Of a stretch of DNA of 64,000 nt, positions 1-11,408 are shown piece after piece. Position numbers and translations under genes: made by a program. Positions within the stretch are counted from its first letter, which is position 1. The number at the start of each line of letters is the position of its first letter. This stretch comes from Antedon mediterranea (Eukaryota > Animalia > Echinodermata), in contig NC_092675.1 of the NCBI RefSeq assembly GCF_964355755.1, positions 3,715,812-3,779,811 on the forward strand, read 5' to 3'. The notes beneath the pieces were generated by a model. It was not told the DNA's origin. It saw only the letters and a program-made list of their open reading frames with translations, and did no database searches.

Positions 1-36
1 CAATACATATCCCTTTGAAGATAAGAAAATAACTAA

Positions 37-2768
37 ATGTTACAATTATACTCTCCTCCTCTACTTCTTCTGTCCATCCTTATCTTCATTTTATTTATTA
101 TCCAAGGTGCGATAGAACTGTTCCGTTCCTATCCTGTCTTTTGATTTGATTCTTGCAAAATAATCTGGAGAGTATTTTCCCAATGCGTCTAAATAAACAG
201 ACAGTCCCTGAGCTGTCTAATTTATATATTATATTAGGCCCCTTCACTTACAAAATAGAATCCATCAGATGGATTCTATGTTTTATTCTATATAGGTTTA
301 CATCTAGGAGTTTTTAAGAATCCTTTGTCTATTCATTTATTGTAATCTTGTGCGTCGAATTTATTGTTTTTCTCTCTTTTTAACAAAACGAAAATTATTA
401 TTATTATTATTTATAAGCAGTGTGTAATTGGTCTAGTGATATTTAGCCGTGATGTTTCTGGAGAGGCGGTTTCATTTTCTCTAAATGATGCTGCTCCCTC
501 AGCAGCAGGAGGATCTGCAATTATAGCGCCAAGATGCAGGTGAGTAGGCCTACACTAATATTATGTAACATAAAGAAATGATTCCAATCGGACATACTGT
601 ATAAACAATTCTATACAGACGGTTAAATTCTCATACATAAGTATTAGGCCTATGTAGGTGAATGAAATTATCTAAGGTGAGGGAAAGATGATTATGATAG
701 GATGATTATGATATAAACGCTGTAGACCTATATCTGTGCTAACTGTCGAATACTTATGGAGGAATAATTAGATCACCTCTATTAATGGCATCCGGTATTT
801 TTGCGTTTTGCGACGATAATGATGATTATAATGAAAAGAATGATTTGATTATTAACGTTTGATTCTGTTACCCACTCATAATTCTTTGTATACAATACAA
901 TGCTGATAATTAACCACAAGTAAAGCCTTTTCGATCTAGCAAAAGCGGAGTTTAATCAAGTTTTGAAAATTAAATTTTGCTAATGTTCTGCAAACTTCAT
1001 GTTTCTAAAGTTTTAGTCGAAGTTTGTCAGCCACTGGCAGACTTTGAAAAACATTTCTTGACAAACATGGATTTGCAAGCAAAACTTTGCCAGTGTAGGC
1101 TACTATCAACTGATTCACTTACATTTTAAATTTTAGACTATCAACTACTGCAACGTTATCACAGAAGAGAATTGTCAACGACTTTGGATCAGTGTTGAAA
1201 GCTGGTGGTGAAGCTGTTGAAGATGTTGACGCAGATGATGACGATAGCGTCGTGCTTGCGTCAACATTTAACTCGCACCTTTCAGCTGCTGGTGTTGGAT
1301 CTGTTAGCTTTGACAGGTATGGAAGTATTATATGTCATATAACATGACAGTACTATTATACTACTAAAACTAGCATTTCTATCCAAAAACGCGTTCTTTC
1401 TGCATGTCACAAATGTTCCAATTTGAAGAAGACGTTTCAACGTTTGCCATATCGTTCAAGTTAATTCATCAAATACGTTTATTTAAAGGCACATGGAAGT
1501 TTGGCATACCGACAACAATATGTTAAAGTGTTCAGTAGTCTATGCAGGAGTAAAAATTAATTTTATAATTTCTAAGAAACCATCAAAACGTTCAACATGC
1601 TAACATAATTTATTTCTGAATACAGTACAGTTGCTGTTCTAAACAACATCGTTTACCAATGGGCCGCCTGTATAGGCCTTGTTAGTAGTTATTCGTGCGC
1701 GGGATTAATTTCTTTTGAATTATGGTTTTCTAGCAAAATGCCAACAACAAATGTACAGACGTCTTCTGGAGGGGGAGGAGGAGCCGGAGGAGTGGTAGGT
1801 GGTTCAGCAACAGACTACATTCCGGATTTCGCCCCTTATCCATATCCCGGTCCTATCTTCTCTGGTTATTGTCGATCCTTCCGAACCACAATCCAACCAA
1901 CCTGGGCAATTAACAGTCAACATCAATGGGTTCGAGTTTTCCAGGCTTACTATTTCAGACAGACATTCCCAGTTGTATATTGCACGTAAGTATTTGAGTT
2001 ATTATGTATTTATAACAAACATATTTCAAAGAATAAAACCGTATAAATATTGATACAGTTCTACCAGTTTTTATAATGTAACTTATGCTTTGGTTCGTTT
2101 AAGAAATATTGTACCTTTTACGATATGGCTATCAATCATAATTTTATGTCACTGGAGGGCAGCGCAAAGAGCCGAGACAAAAAGAAAGCACACAACTGCT
2201 CCAAACATTTACCTTTCATCAAAAGCATTATTTATATATACCATGATGGTGGAACTATGTTTTTAGAATACATATATTATATAAAGAATTTCAAATTTCT
2301 TGAAGGCTTGACCCGTGTATATTTCGCTTTCAATCATTGGATTTTATTAATCCAATTCCAGGAATTCAAATATTTAATCTATAATTAGAGTTTATTTTTT
2401 TTAAATTTTATCTTTGTTCTGTTTTCATATTCTGTATTTCTAATTACGCCAGTTGTTTGCTTATGTTTGTTAGATCGGCATATTGCAACAGTTTCTACGC
2501 CTATCCATTTGGACTCGACACACCCGGAACAGGCGGAGGAGCAGAGGGAGTAGGAGGACCTGTCGGAACCAGCTATTATCCTCAATATTACTTTCCATTT
2601 GGTCGCTGTTATGTTAAATACCGTTACTTTTATGCCCTTGTTGTAGCAGGGTGTGGAGGGGGTTACCCTTACTGGGGTGGCTTGAACCTTCAAGTTCAGT
2701 TAATTCGATTACCAGGTAGTTGCAGCTGTCGTAACGACTTCATTTGGCCACCTATTTATAAAAAATAG
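37..2768 (+). CDS. Secreted Spaetzle/neurotrophin-like cystine-knot protein, about 299 aa, 5 exons
   Basis: Exons 37-106 (tentative; MLQLYSPPLLLLSILIFILFIIQ, signal-peptide-like), 437-539 (acceptor could be 418/421 if exon 1 differs), 1137-1316, 1734-1985 and 2474-2768. All GT-AG and phase-compatible (1,2,2,2). The C-terminal pattern YCRSFRTTIQPTWAINSQHQWVRVFQ...QTFPVVYC-x4-C...RCYVKY...IRLPGSCSC resembles the Spaetzle knot. AATAAA at about 2851 and 2861. Confidence 0.75.
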
Positions 2769-3577
2769 TTTTCTTCAAGGTTTATTTGTTGTGATAAATG
2801 GATTATGTTTGAAGACGCCATCATTAATGAAATTAAGTCTTATTATGTACAATAAATACAAATAAAAAACTCACTAATGTACAATATTTGATTTTTATTT
2901 GTCTGTACAGATATTATAATTTGTTGTTACTGTATACTTTATCATGAAAAGTTTTTTTATCTATTCATACACTAATTTCGACCCCCTGCAAACATATTCT
3001 TCAAGCAAATACTAATACTATTGAACAATAAATGATGAATAATTAAAATAAACTATTTTTGAATAATAGTCATAATATTTATTCGGTCATCAATGGAAAA
3101 TAACCAGGAGTGAGAATAGGCTAAAGCCTAAACAGATTCTGCACTCACTCCATACATAATGTAGCACAATTTTAAATACTGTATTAATTTACAAAAACGT
3201 TTACTGAAACATAGTTGCAAGTAAAATAAAATTTATTTGTTGAAAGAAAGTCATAAAACTATTCATTAATACAGTATAATAATTATAGTAAAAACACAAT
3301 TAAAAGCTTTCTTTAAAAATACATAAAACACATTTTTTTTTAAATAATGGAAACAATTATTTCTAGTTCTGATTCTGCACTATCCACATGTATGCAAATT
3401 TATACTATGCGCATTCATTCTTCTTATATGCGACCTTTGACAAAAACATTTTTTAGATACAAAAACCTACTTAGATGTTATATAAAACACAAAATGCCAC
3501 TGGAACAAATAATTTCATTTGGTGAAAAATTAAATGTTCTATTTTCTTCACCTCATGAAAATATTTGTACCATTGCA

Positions 3578-5886
3578 CTATTTATTATTTGTATGCCAAT
3601 CAAGTGCTTCTAATGATTCTTGACCAAGTCTTGGAGTTTGTTTCACATCTTTTGATTGGACGAACAAATTAGAATACTTTATTTTCCAATTGTTTTGGAG
3701 CGCAGGATCTCTAATTAGTCCAAAGTTCTGCTCAAATATTCCTAAACAATTTGACCCCTGATGCAAGGTACCACACACACCAACCATCATCAATCCATGC
3801 TTGTTCATTTTACCTTTAGTTCCGAAGTTTTCTAAGTTTGGATTAAATATCAATAATTCATCCTTTGCTAGGTTTAGTAAACGTTCTGCTACCTGATTAG
3901 CATCTATGTACTCTTCCCTTCTATATTCATCAGCCGTTTTGATTGTTAAAACAAGTTTACAGTCGTACCAGAAATGTTGAGGCCCCCACGGTTCTGACTG
4001 AACTTGACTGCTTTTCGGGTTATTTGAGTTTATCTGCTTGTAAAACCATGAAGCAAATTGTAATGCTAAGTTCTGTTCTTCTGGTACTTTTTCAGGTACT
4101 TTTTCAGGTACTTTTTCAAGCTGAAAAAACTAATGCATTTAACTATTTAACTACTTTTACTTCAAAACTTAAACAATTTTTAATTTTAAGTTACTAGATT
4201 TAAATGTTGTTTCTGTTTCGTTGTTTGCTGCTTTCTGTGCTCGATTTCTGCCTAATTTACACTTTATCAATTTTGTCCCCCTTTTTTTTTTCGTTTACTT
4301 TTTTTACGAAATATTATTATTGCATATAATGTAATAAAAACATATATTTACCCTATATATTTTTTCATAAAATTGTTACTATGTCACTTTATATTATGTT
4401 TCGGGCTTGCCCAACAAAAGTCCTTCTTCATCGGGATCAAGCCTTCTTTCAATGTTATTTTATCATACTATGTATCACCTTTTATTTTGTTACCATGAAA
4501 TTGAAAGTAAATCAATGTTTAAATGCCAATTCCAAAAAAAAAAATGTTTAAATGCAAATTTAATTCCTTCTATTCCTTCTTTTTTCCTTCTAAATTTATA
4601 ATTAATTAATTGTCTGTAGTTAACTGGCTGTAGTTAACTGGCTGTAGTTAACTGGCTGTAGTTAACTGGCTGTAGTTAACTGGCTGTAGTTAACTGTCTG
4701 TAGTTAACTGTCTGTAGTTAACTGTCTGTAGTTAACTGTCTGTAGTTAACTGGCTGTAGTTAACTGGCTGTAGTTAACTGGCTGTAGTTAATTGTCTGTA
4801 GTTAACTGGCTGAAGTTGTTCAGTGAAGTGTAAATTTTTATATCAATATACATATACAATATATAATATATATTTAGGGCTAGTGTTGCCCCGAAAGCTC
4901 TGCAACATATTTATGGCTGTTTTACTTTATCGTTTTGATTTAGCTTTTTGCTTATTTTATTTGTATCTCCATTGAGATCCAGCTACTAATAATACCAACA
5001 TTTTTTCAGTATTTTGCTTTTTGATTTATATATTAATGCAGTATATATAAATAAATAATAATTTTTAAAAGCATGTACAAGTGGCAGTATTAAAAGCAAA
5101 GCGTACAGCCCTAGAAAAAATAATTAAAAAAACTAAGGATACAATATAAAATAAATGAGAGATTAAATTATCTAATAATCATCACAATCTAATTTATGAG
5201 GATGATGTATTACAGTTAATGATATCTAAAATTATGATAAACATTTTTGAAAAGTACACAAATATCATCATCTTGTGTGAAACACAAATGTACACAAAAG
5301 AAAATAAAAATTATACCTTTTCTGGATTGCTTGAGTTTGGGGAATGAAGAATCTTGTCAACCAGATCTGATTTACTAGCACTTCCAGGAAGCGGCACCTT
5401 CTTGTTTGCTAAATATTGGAAAAGGCATGACCGGCTAATTTTCTTGCGGCTAAGTAGCTCAGATGCACTTTCAGTGTAGGTAAGTATTGCATCAATGGTT
5501 TCTGCAAATTTGATTTTAGTGAAATTTAAAACATATGACGTGGCCAGCTTATTATAGTATAATATATGTAATTTCAGACAGGTCAGAAGTTAATTGAATT
5601 AGCCTAATATGATAAACTATGAGCAGGGCAGCTAATTTTGTAAGTCTATAAGCCTAGGCTCTTCTCTAGGCCTATTTGTCCGACCTGACCTGAATTGAAC
5701 TTCCGATCGAACTGCCTCAAAACCGAGTTTGGGGAATTTCCAGCCCGGTACTGCTGCAGCCTTACCTTCCACTGAGTGAGTTTTAATAAGTTTGCTTGTG
5801 ATAGTATCTTTTAACGATATCAATTCTTTCTCCGGCAAAAATTTTAACAAATGTCTGAATTCCTCTTTTTCCTCTTCATTAAGCAT
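3578..5886 (-). CDS. C3orf38: C3orf38 homolog, 282 aa, 3 exons
   Basis: Exons 5886-5766, 5501-5317 and 4120-3578 with GT-AG sites, phases 1 and 0. Motifs [31 protein letters not shown] and HGLMMVGVCGTLHQGSNCLGIFEQNFGLIRDP..NNWKIK match vertebrate C3orf38 as recalled. Confidence 0.88.
4614..4812. repeat. 14-bp tandem repeat (CTGTAGTTAACTG[G/T]), about 14 copies, in C3orf38 intron 2
   Basis: Read directly; G- and T-ending variants occur in blocks. Confidence 0.95.
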
Positions 5887-8800
5887 ATTTGACAGTCTAT
5901 GCCCTCTTACAGGGCAATTAAAATAAAAAGCCTAGGCCTAACTTGCAAACTAGCTAGGCCTCTTGTTATGATGCTCTAATGAAAAGTACGCCCTCTATAT
6001 TGGTATAAAGTGGTAAGGTAGTGGAAAGATTGCAAGATTCCTTTTTTCAACGAATGAACGCATTTCTTTTCATTCAACGAATAAACAAATTCACAAACAT
6101 AGTGTTCTCTAAAATAAACCTTTCTTTAATTCTTTATTTCGGTTCGGTCATCAACACACCTCTTCTATTTTGAATACAAAATATGCCGTTACCACCTTGA
6201 ATATCAAAGGCGGAACTTAAAAAAAAATACCATTGCATGTGACAATCAATTATATTTATGAAAGTGTAACATGTAATAAAATGCTAATTGTGGTGATTAA
6301 AACAATTAAACAATAAATTTGATAACAACCTGAAATATTGAGCCATAAAATGCAAAGCCTCAAAGTTGCCAGAAACAGTCTTTATGACAACACCGCTAGA
6401 ACAACTACAGCGGTAAGTGAGGAATATATTAAAGACGATTAATTTGTTTTCGGGTTTTTTTCTACGAAACTTTATTTAAAGATGTATGGTCCCCCTAAAA
6501 AAATTAATTATTAACAACATTTTTTTTTAATATGCCATTTTATGTAACATAATAATAAGCCACTTTGGATTAACTTTATTAAAACTATCAAATATCATAT
6601 TCAAAGTCTGATTTAATTAATCTTCATTTTTTCATTTTTTGGGACAATACTGTCAAGCTTGTACAGGAGGCAGATTGTGACTTGCCGTTAGCGCGAGAGA
6701 CGCCAACCGCGTTGTATTATTTTTATCTTCAATAAAGAATAAAACAAAAACAAAAAACAACATAAAAAGAAATCAATCTCAAATTTTGGTTTTAGGCAAC
6801 TGCATCCGTTGGTATTCGTGTTCATCATTGGATAAAGGATGTAATGATCCATTTGACATGTCAGTGGTCAAATGTGTGAATTGCACATCGTATGGAAATG
6901 ATAAAGCATAAGTTAACAGAACAAAAATAATAACAATGTTTATAAATTGTTAGCAGAACCATCATTAGCAATGAAAATAACACAATGTTTTCTTCAATAA
7001 TAATATGCAATATTATAATGATAAGTAAGTGCAACGACGTAGGCGCAACTAGCAGGGGGTTGACAAATCAAAAGCGACAGTTAGGATTGTCCGTCGAGCC
7101 GGGATTGTTCCGAAATATAATATTCAAACTATTGACTATGGTTCCGATTAGGAATCAAGCTTTATGATAGGATAATGCTGTAGGTAACAATGTACGTTGT
7201 GGTGTTGCTGCTGATTTGTTGCTACATCTTTATAATCACGCTTTTTATGATGACGCACACTGAATACCTAACATGGTATATAACATAGCGTTTAAAAAAG
7301 TGTGCTGGTGACAGCATTGATTGCTGGTACTATCCTACGTTGGGTGCAAGTGAATGAAAGTTATTTTTTCTCCTTTAGAAACACGTATAAACCGGCTCTG
7401 GCGGCACTCTTATTGAGCGTGGATGTAGTGACGTAGGGCACGGTGTGAAAAATATGAGGATGGGATCACATCCACGTCAAACAGCGAAAATGGGACATTA
7501 AGTGTTCCGAGAGCCGTTTTCATTGTTTAAGTTAGCCGGAGCCTTTTTCGATTGGCTATAAATAGAAAGTTAACGAGCATTTCGAGCGACGCGAGTTCTG
7601 AAGTCCGTGTTTTATAGGCTGTCTAAATTTCCTTTTTAACGGGTTTATATTAAATTATATTGTTGTTTGATTTATTTCTGTTAATAAAGAACATTTATAT
7701 TAAACAAAAACCACAACAATAGCAATTTTAGTTGATTATGGATTAATTTATTTGAATTCTAAGATAAACGTCTAAGCCAAGTGTAAACGTAAACAAAGCG
7801 AGTCATACGGCGAAAACAAAAAAGTGAAAACTAACTAATTTGTTAAAATAGCTAACATTAATTTGCAATTTTTAAATGAAATTCTGAAAACGCTATAATA
7901 TAGTCTTATATGCATTTTCAAAGATTTCCAAATATAAGCTTGGGGTTATTTTTCAAACAAATTCTATAAGGAGTTGAAGAGAGTGTATTTTGAGCGAAAG
8001 TGCGGTGCGCGTAGGCCTAGGAAGACGCGGCAAGGCTGGAATACTCGTTTCCTTAGGCGACGAGAACGACGGAAAATGCGCTCCATCACTGTGCTCTCAA
8101 TTTTAGTTCTTGTTAGGTGGATGATGCAGAATCTTATAATATGGGCATATAAATTTTAAAATAAAGTGCTCAACTTTCATTTTTCTTATAATTATGAAGA
8201 TTAGTGTGAAGTGGGGACTGTTTGCATGCTTGAACGGCTGACTTGGTAAAATACTGAAAAATCAGTCAATTAGTTAGGCCTAGGCTAATTAATTAATGTA
8301 CACAGTATATAATGTCATATTTTTATGAATAGGCTTACTAGTAATCTCATAATAAATCTGTTAATGTCACCTTTCACTAACATATGATTGATTTAAGTAT
8401 ATGCTGAAAATGTTTACTTTTTATCGGAGCTAAAATGAAATTTCACGGTTCCCTGCTTTTTATTTTATTATAATAATGGAGCAATAAATGAAATACAAAT
8501 ACACACCAATTAACATTTTAACTTTTAATATTATCACAAATTGCACCTTAAAAATCAGACAACAAGTTTTCTACATGAACTTAGCTAACATTTTTTGTAC
8601 TAAGCCTAATCTTCAAAAGATTTACTATTACTGTAGTAGGCCTATTATCATTATTTATTTGCCGATTTGAAATGTACATTTAAACTTTATTAAACTACTG
8701 CACAACAACCAACCGCCATTTGAACCTTTAAATAAGTAAATTAGGATAAGTTAAAGTTTTTAAAAAATAAATGTCTCTTTGGCAATACATCTATAAATAT

Positions 8801-10248
8801 CAATAATTACAGTATTAATAGTGCTTTTTCACATTATATGCCAGAGGTAAATTAATATGACTCATAAGAAATTGTTGTTGATTTAATGCTATTTGTATTG
8901 AAGTATGTAGAACAATCCTCTGGGGTCTGTAAAAAAAAACACAAAACATTCAATTAATAATAATCATTATTTAATTATATGTGTATATTTATTCTTATTT
9001 TCTTAGGCCTATAAACAACGCGCGCCTGACAATGAACACGCGCCAATAATGCACGCACTACCCCACTATTATAGGCTAAAGCCTGGCTCTCCTACTGTAT
9101 TACTAGGCCTAGACTATATTGATTTATAAATAAAACAAAGAGGCTTTGTAGAGTTTTATCATTTAAAACAGCTTTCCTATATATTATATGTTGCCCTTAT
9201 TAATTTACAAAACCACATTTTTTATCTTATGGCGTAAAAAATGATTTTAGCTACAACCATGTGTTCCATTTTCAATAGTGAAATACCCAAGAAGGCACAT
9301 GTTTAAGCAGCCATTAAAAAAAAATAAAAAATAACCCCAACGAGATTTTTTTATTAACTACTATTGAAAAATCAAATATTCAGAAACTATAAAACCCACC
9401 TTCTCAAAAAATTGCGTTGTTTTATTACAGCCTCAACAAATTAGACAACATTTTAACATTCGAATAGCCTAAAATTGTTTAAAAAACATCGGTGTAATTC
9501 ACCCTTGTTTCACACAAATATAATGGGTTCGTCGATTAAAAAACAATATCACGTGGTTCGTAGATGCCTCTTCAAAGGTTTTCATGAATTATTCATTAGT
9601 AAATAAAACCAAAAGTTCCAATTGGCCAGTTTGCAAAAACCTAAGATTTACTTTTCAAAACAAAGTTGCTTCCGGGTAATTGTCAACGCTGTCTCGTGTG
9701 CAAAAACGATTCGCTGCCGATAGAGGGCTCACTACTTTTTGTCCCTGGTGAATTGAGTGTGGGATAGATGTCTGTTCGTACATTTTTGTAAGACAAACGA
9801 ATGCAACGGATCGACATTCATTACCAGCAGCAGCGTAGTTCTCTTGATTACGTCAGCACTTACGTACTTTATCATATTTTAATAAGCTATAAACTTCTTA
9901 TTGGTCTTATAATAGGTTCTATATACTGTACTCGATATAGCATAATTTATAAAAACAATAATTTAAAATAATAAATAACAAGGACAACGTATTGGCACAC
10001 ATGGCGTGTCATACCTAAACTTCAGCTATACAAAATAAATCAAACCGCTTCGTAAAACAAATTTATGCAATATATTAATTATGAATGAAGGCATGATTTA
10101 AATTGATTATAAATTAATACCGACAAACCTTCGGATTAAATGAGTTTCAAAATTTCACTATTGTACTATTTGGTAATAAAATTAGACCACAACATAGTAG
10201 GGCTGTTTTGATTTTCACTGTTATACGATGATAATACATATAGTGTTT

Positions 10249-11377
10249 CCAATTAAGTTTGTTGTCAAACTCCTTTTCCCATTTGGATTCAATTCCAATT
10301 GGCTCTTCAACATTTTTTAATATAATGTGTTTATAGATATAATGACAATTTCTCGTTTTCACAGAAATGAATGTCTGTAATTTGGATTCAACTTCATTAG
10401 TTGTGTTTATACCTTGTTCAATTAATTTCTGTTTCCAGAGCTTTGGAATTGAATTTACAATCTGGTGATATAATAAGAAGTCTGATTTAAAATTATATTT
10501 TTGGTTAAATTCGTCTAGTTCTAATATTTTCCCTTCTTTGTTCACGATATCTTTTACATAGTTTACATTTTTAACCAACCAATTTTTTTCAACTTTAAAT
10601 TCTCTTTTATCAAAACATGAGTTGTTCCATAAAGATTGATTTAAGATGTCCTCTATCGTATACGGTTCTACAAAATTGTATTCACTCCACGCAGAGAGTA
10701 TCTTTATGGAACCTTTCAAATTGTTTTAATATTTTTGAAGATTTAGAAAAGTTGGTTTCGAAAACAATATTTCCTCCAACCTCTTTAATCTTACCTTTTC
10801 TCAAATTTACACGCCTGTACAAATGACACTAAGCTAAAAAATGTTCAATTTAAATTTATTCATCGTATAATTTATACAAATACAATGCTCTTTAAGATGT
10901 CAAAGGTCGATTCACCAATGTGTAGTTTTTGCAAGGAAAAGCAGGAAACACTGCTACATATGTTCTTTGAATGTGATCTGGTAGAGAAAATTTGGGAAAA
11001 TGTAAAACAATATATGTATCGAAATATCAACCATAACTTAATTATCACCAAAGAAAGTATATGTTTTGGTTTTGGAAAAACACACAGTGATGCAAACATT
11101 TTAATTTTAATTGAGTGGTACATATTTAGTTGCAAAATCAAAAAACAATTACTTAATTATAATCATTTATTTCACATTTACCAAAAATACAAGGCAACCA
11201 TATTATTAGCAAAATGATTATTACTAAGTGTATTTTTGCGATACATTATTTTTTAAATTTTTTTTTTTTTTTCTTTAATTTCATTACTCTCTTATTTTTG
11301 AGAGAGTATTATATCGTTTTAATAGTTACGTTGCCTTTATATATTAATTTTGTATTATGTATGTGATGAAATGAAAT

Positions 11378-11401
<24 letters not shown>
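10249..11401 (+). mobile_element. 5'-truncated, 5'-inverted L1/Tx1-like LINE fragment with polyA tail and 16-bp TSD
   Basis: Antisense ORF2 piece about 10249-10815. Sense piece from about 10816 (DTKL..QFKFIHRII..CSFC..ETLLHMFFEC, zf-RVT-like). AATAAA plus polyA at 11375-11401. TSD AATACATATAGTGTTT at 10233-10248 and 11402-11417. Confidence 0.85.

Positions 11402-11408
<7 letters not shown>

Noticed and set aside
1795-1806. VGGS before the knot, matching the N-terminus of cleaved Drosophila Spz
   Set aside because: Four residues in a Gly-rich tract and not preceded by Arg; probably coincidence.
4614-4812. Possible CRISPR-like array
   Set aside because: Contiguous 14-bp units with no spacers, inside a eukaryotic intron.
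5632-5765. C-terminal part of ORF 5632-5886 (and likewise 22574-22671)
   Set aside because: Read-through past the G|GTAAG donor; the two copies stop matching in protein a few codons after the donor.
6050-10200. Short ORFs and CpG-richer patches upstream of C3orf38
   Set aside because: No coding model, TIR pair or TSD could be established by eye.
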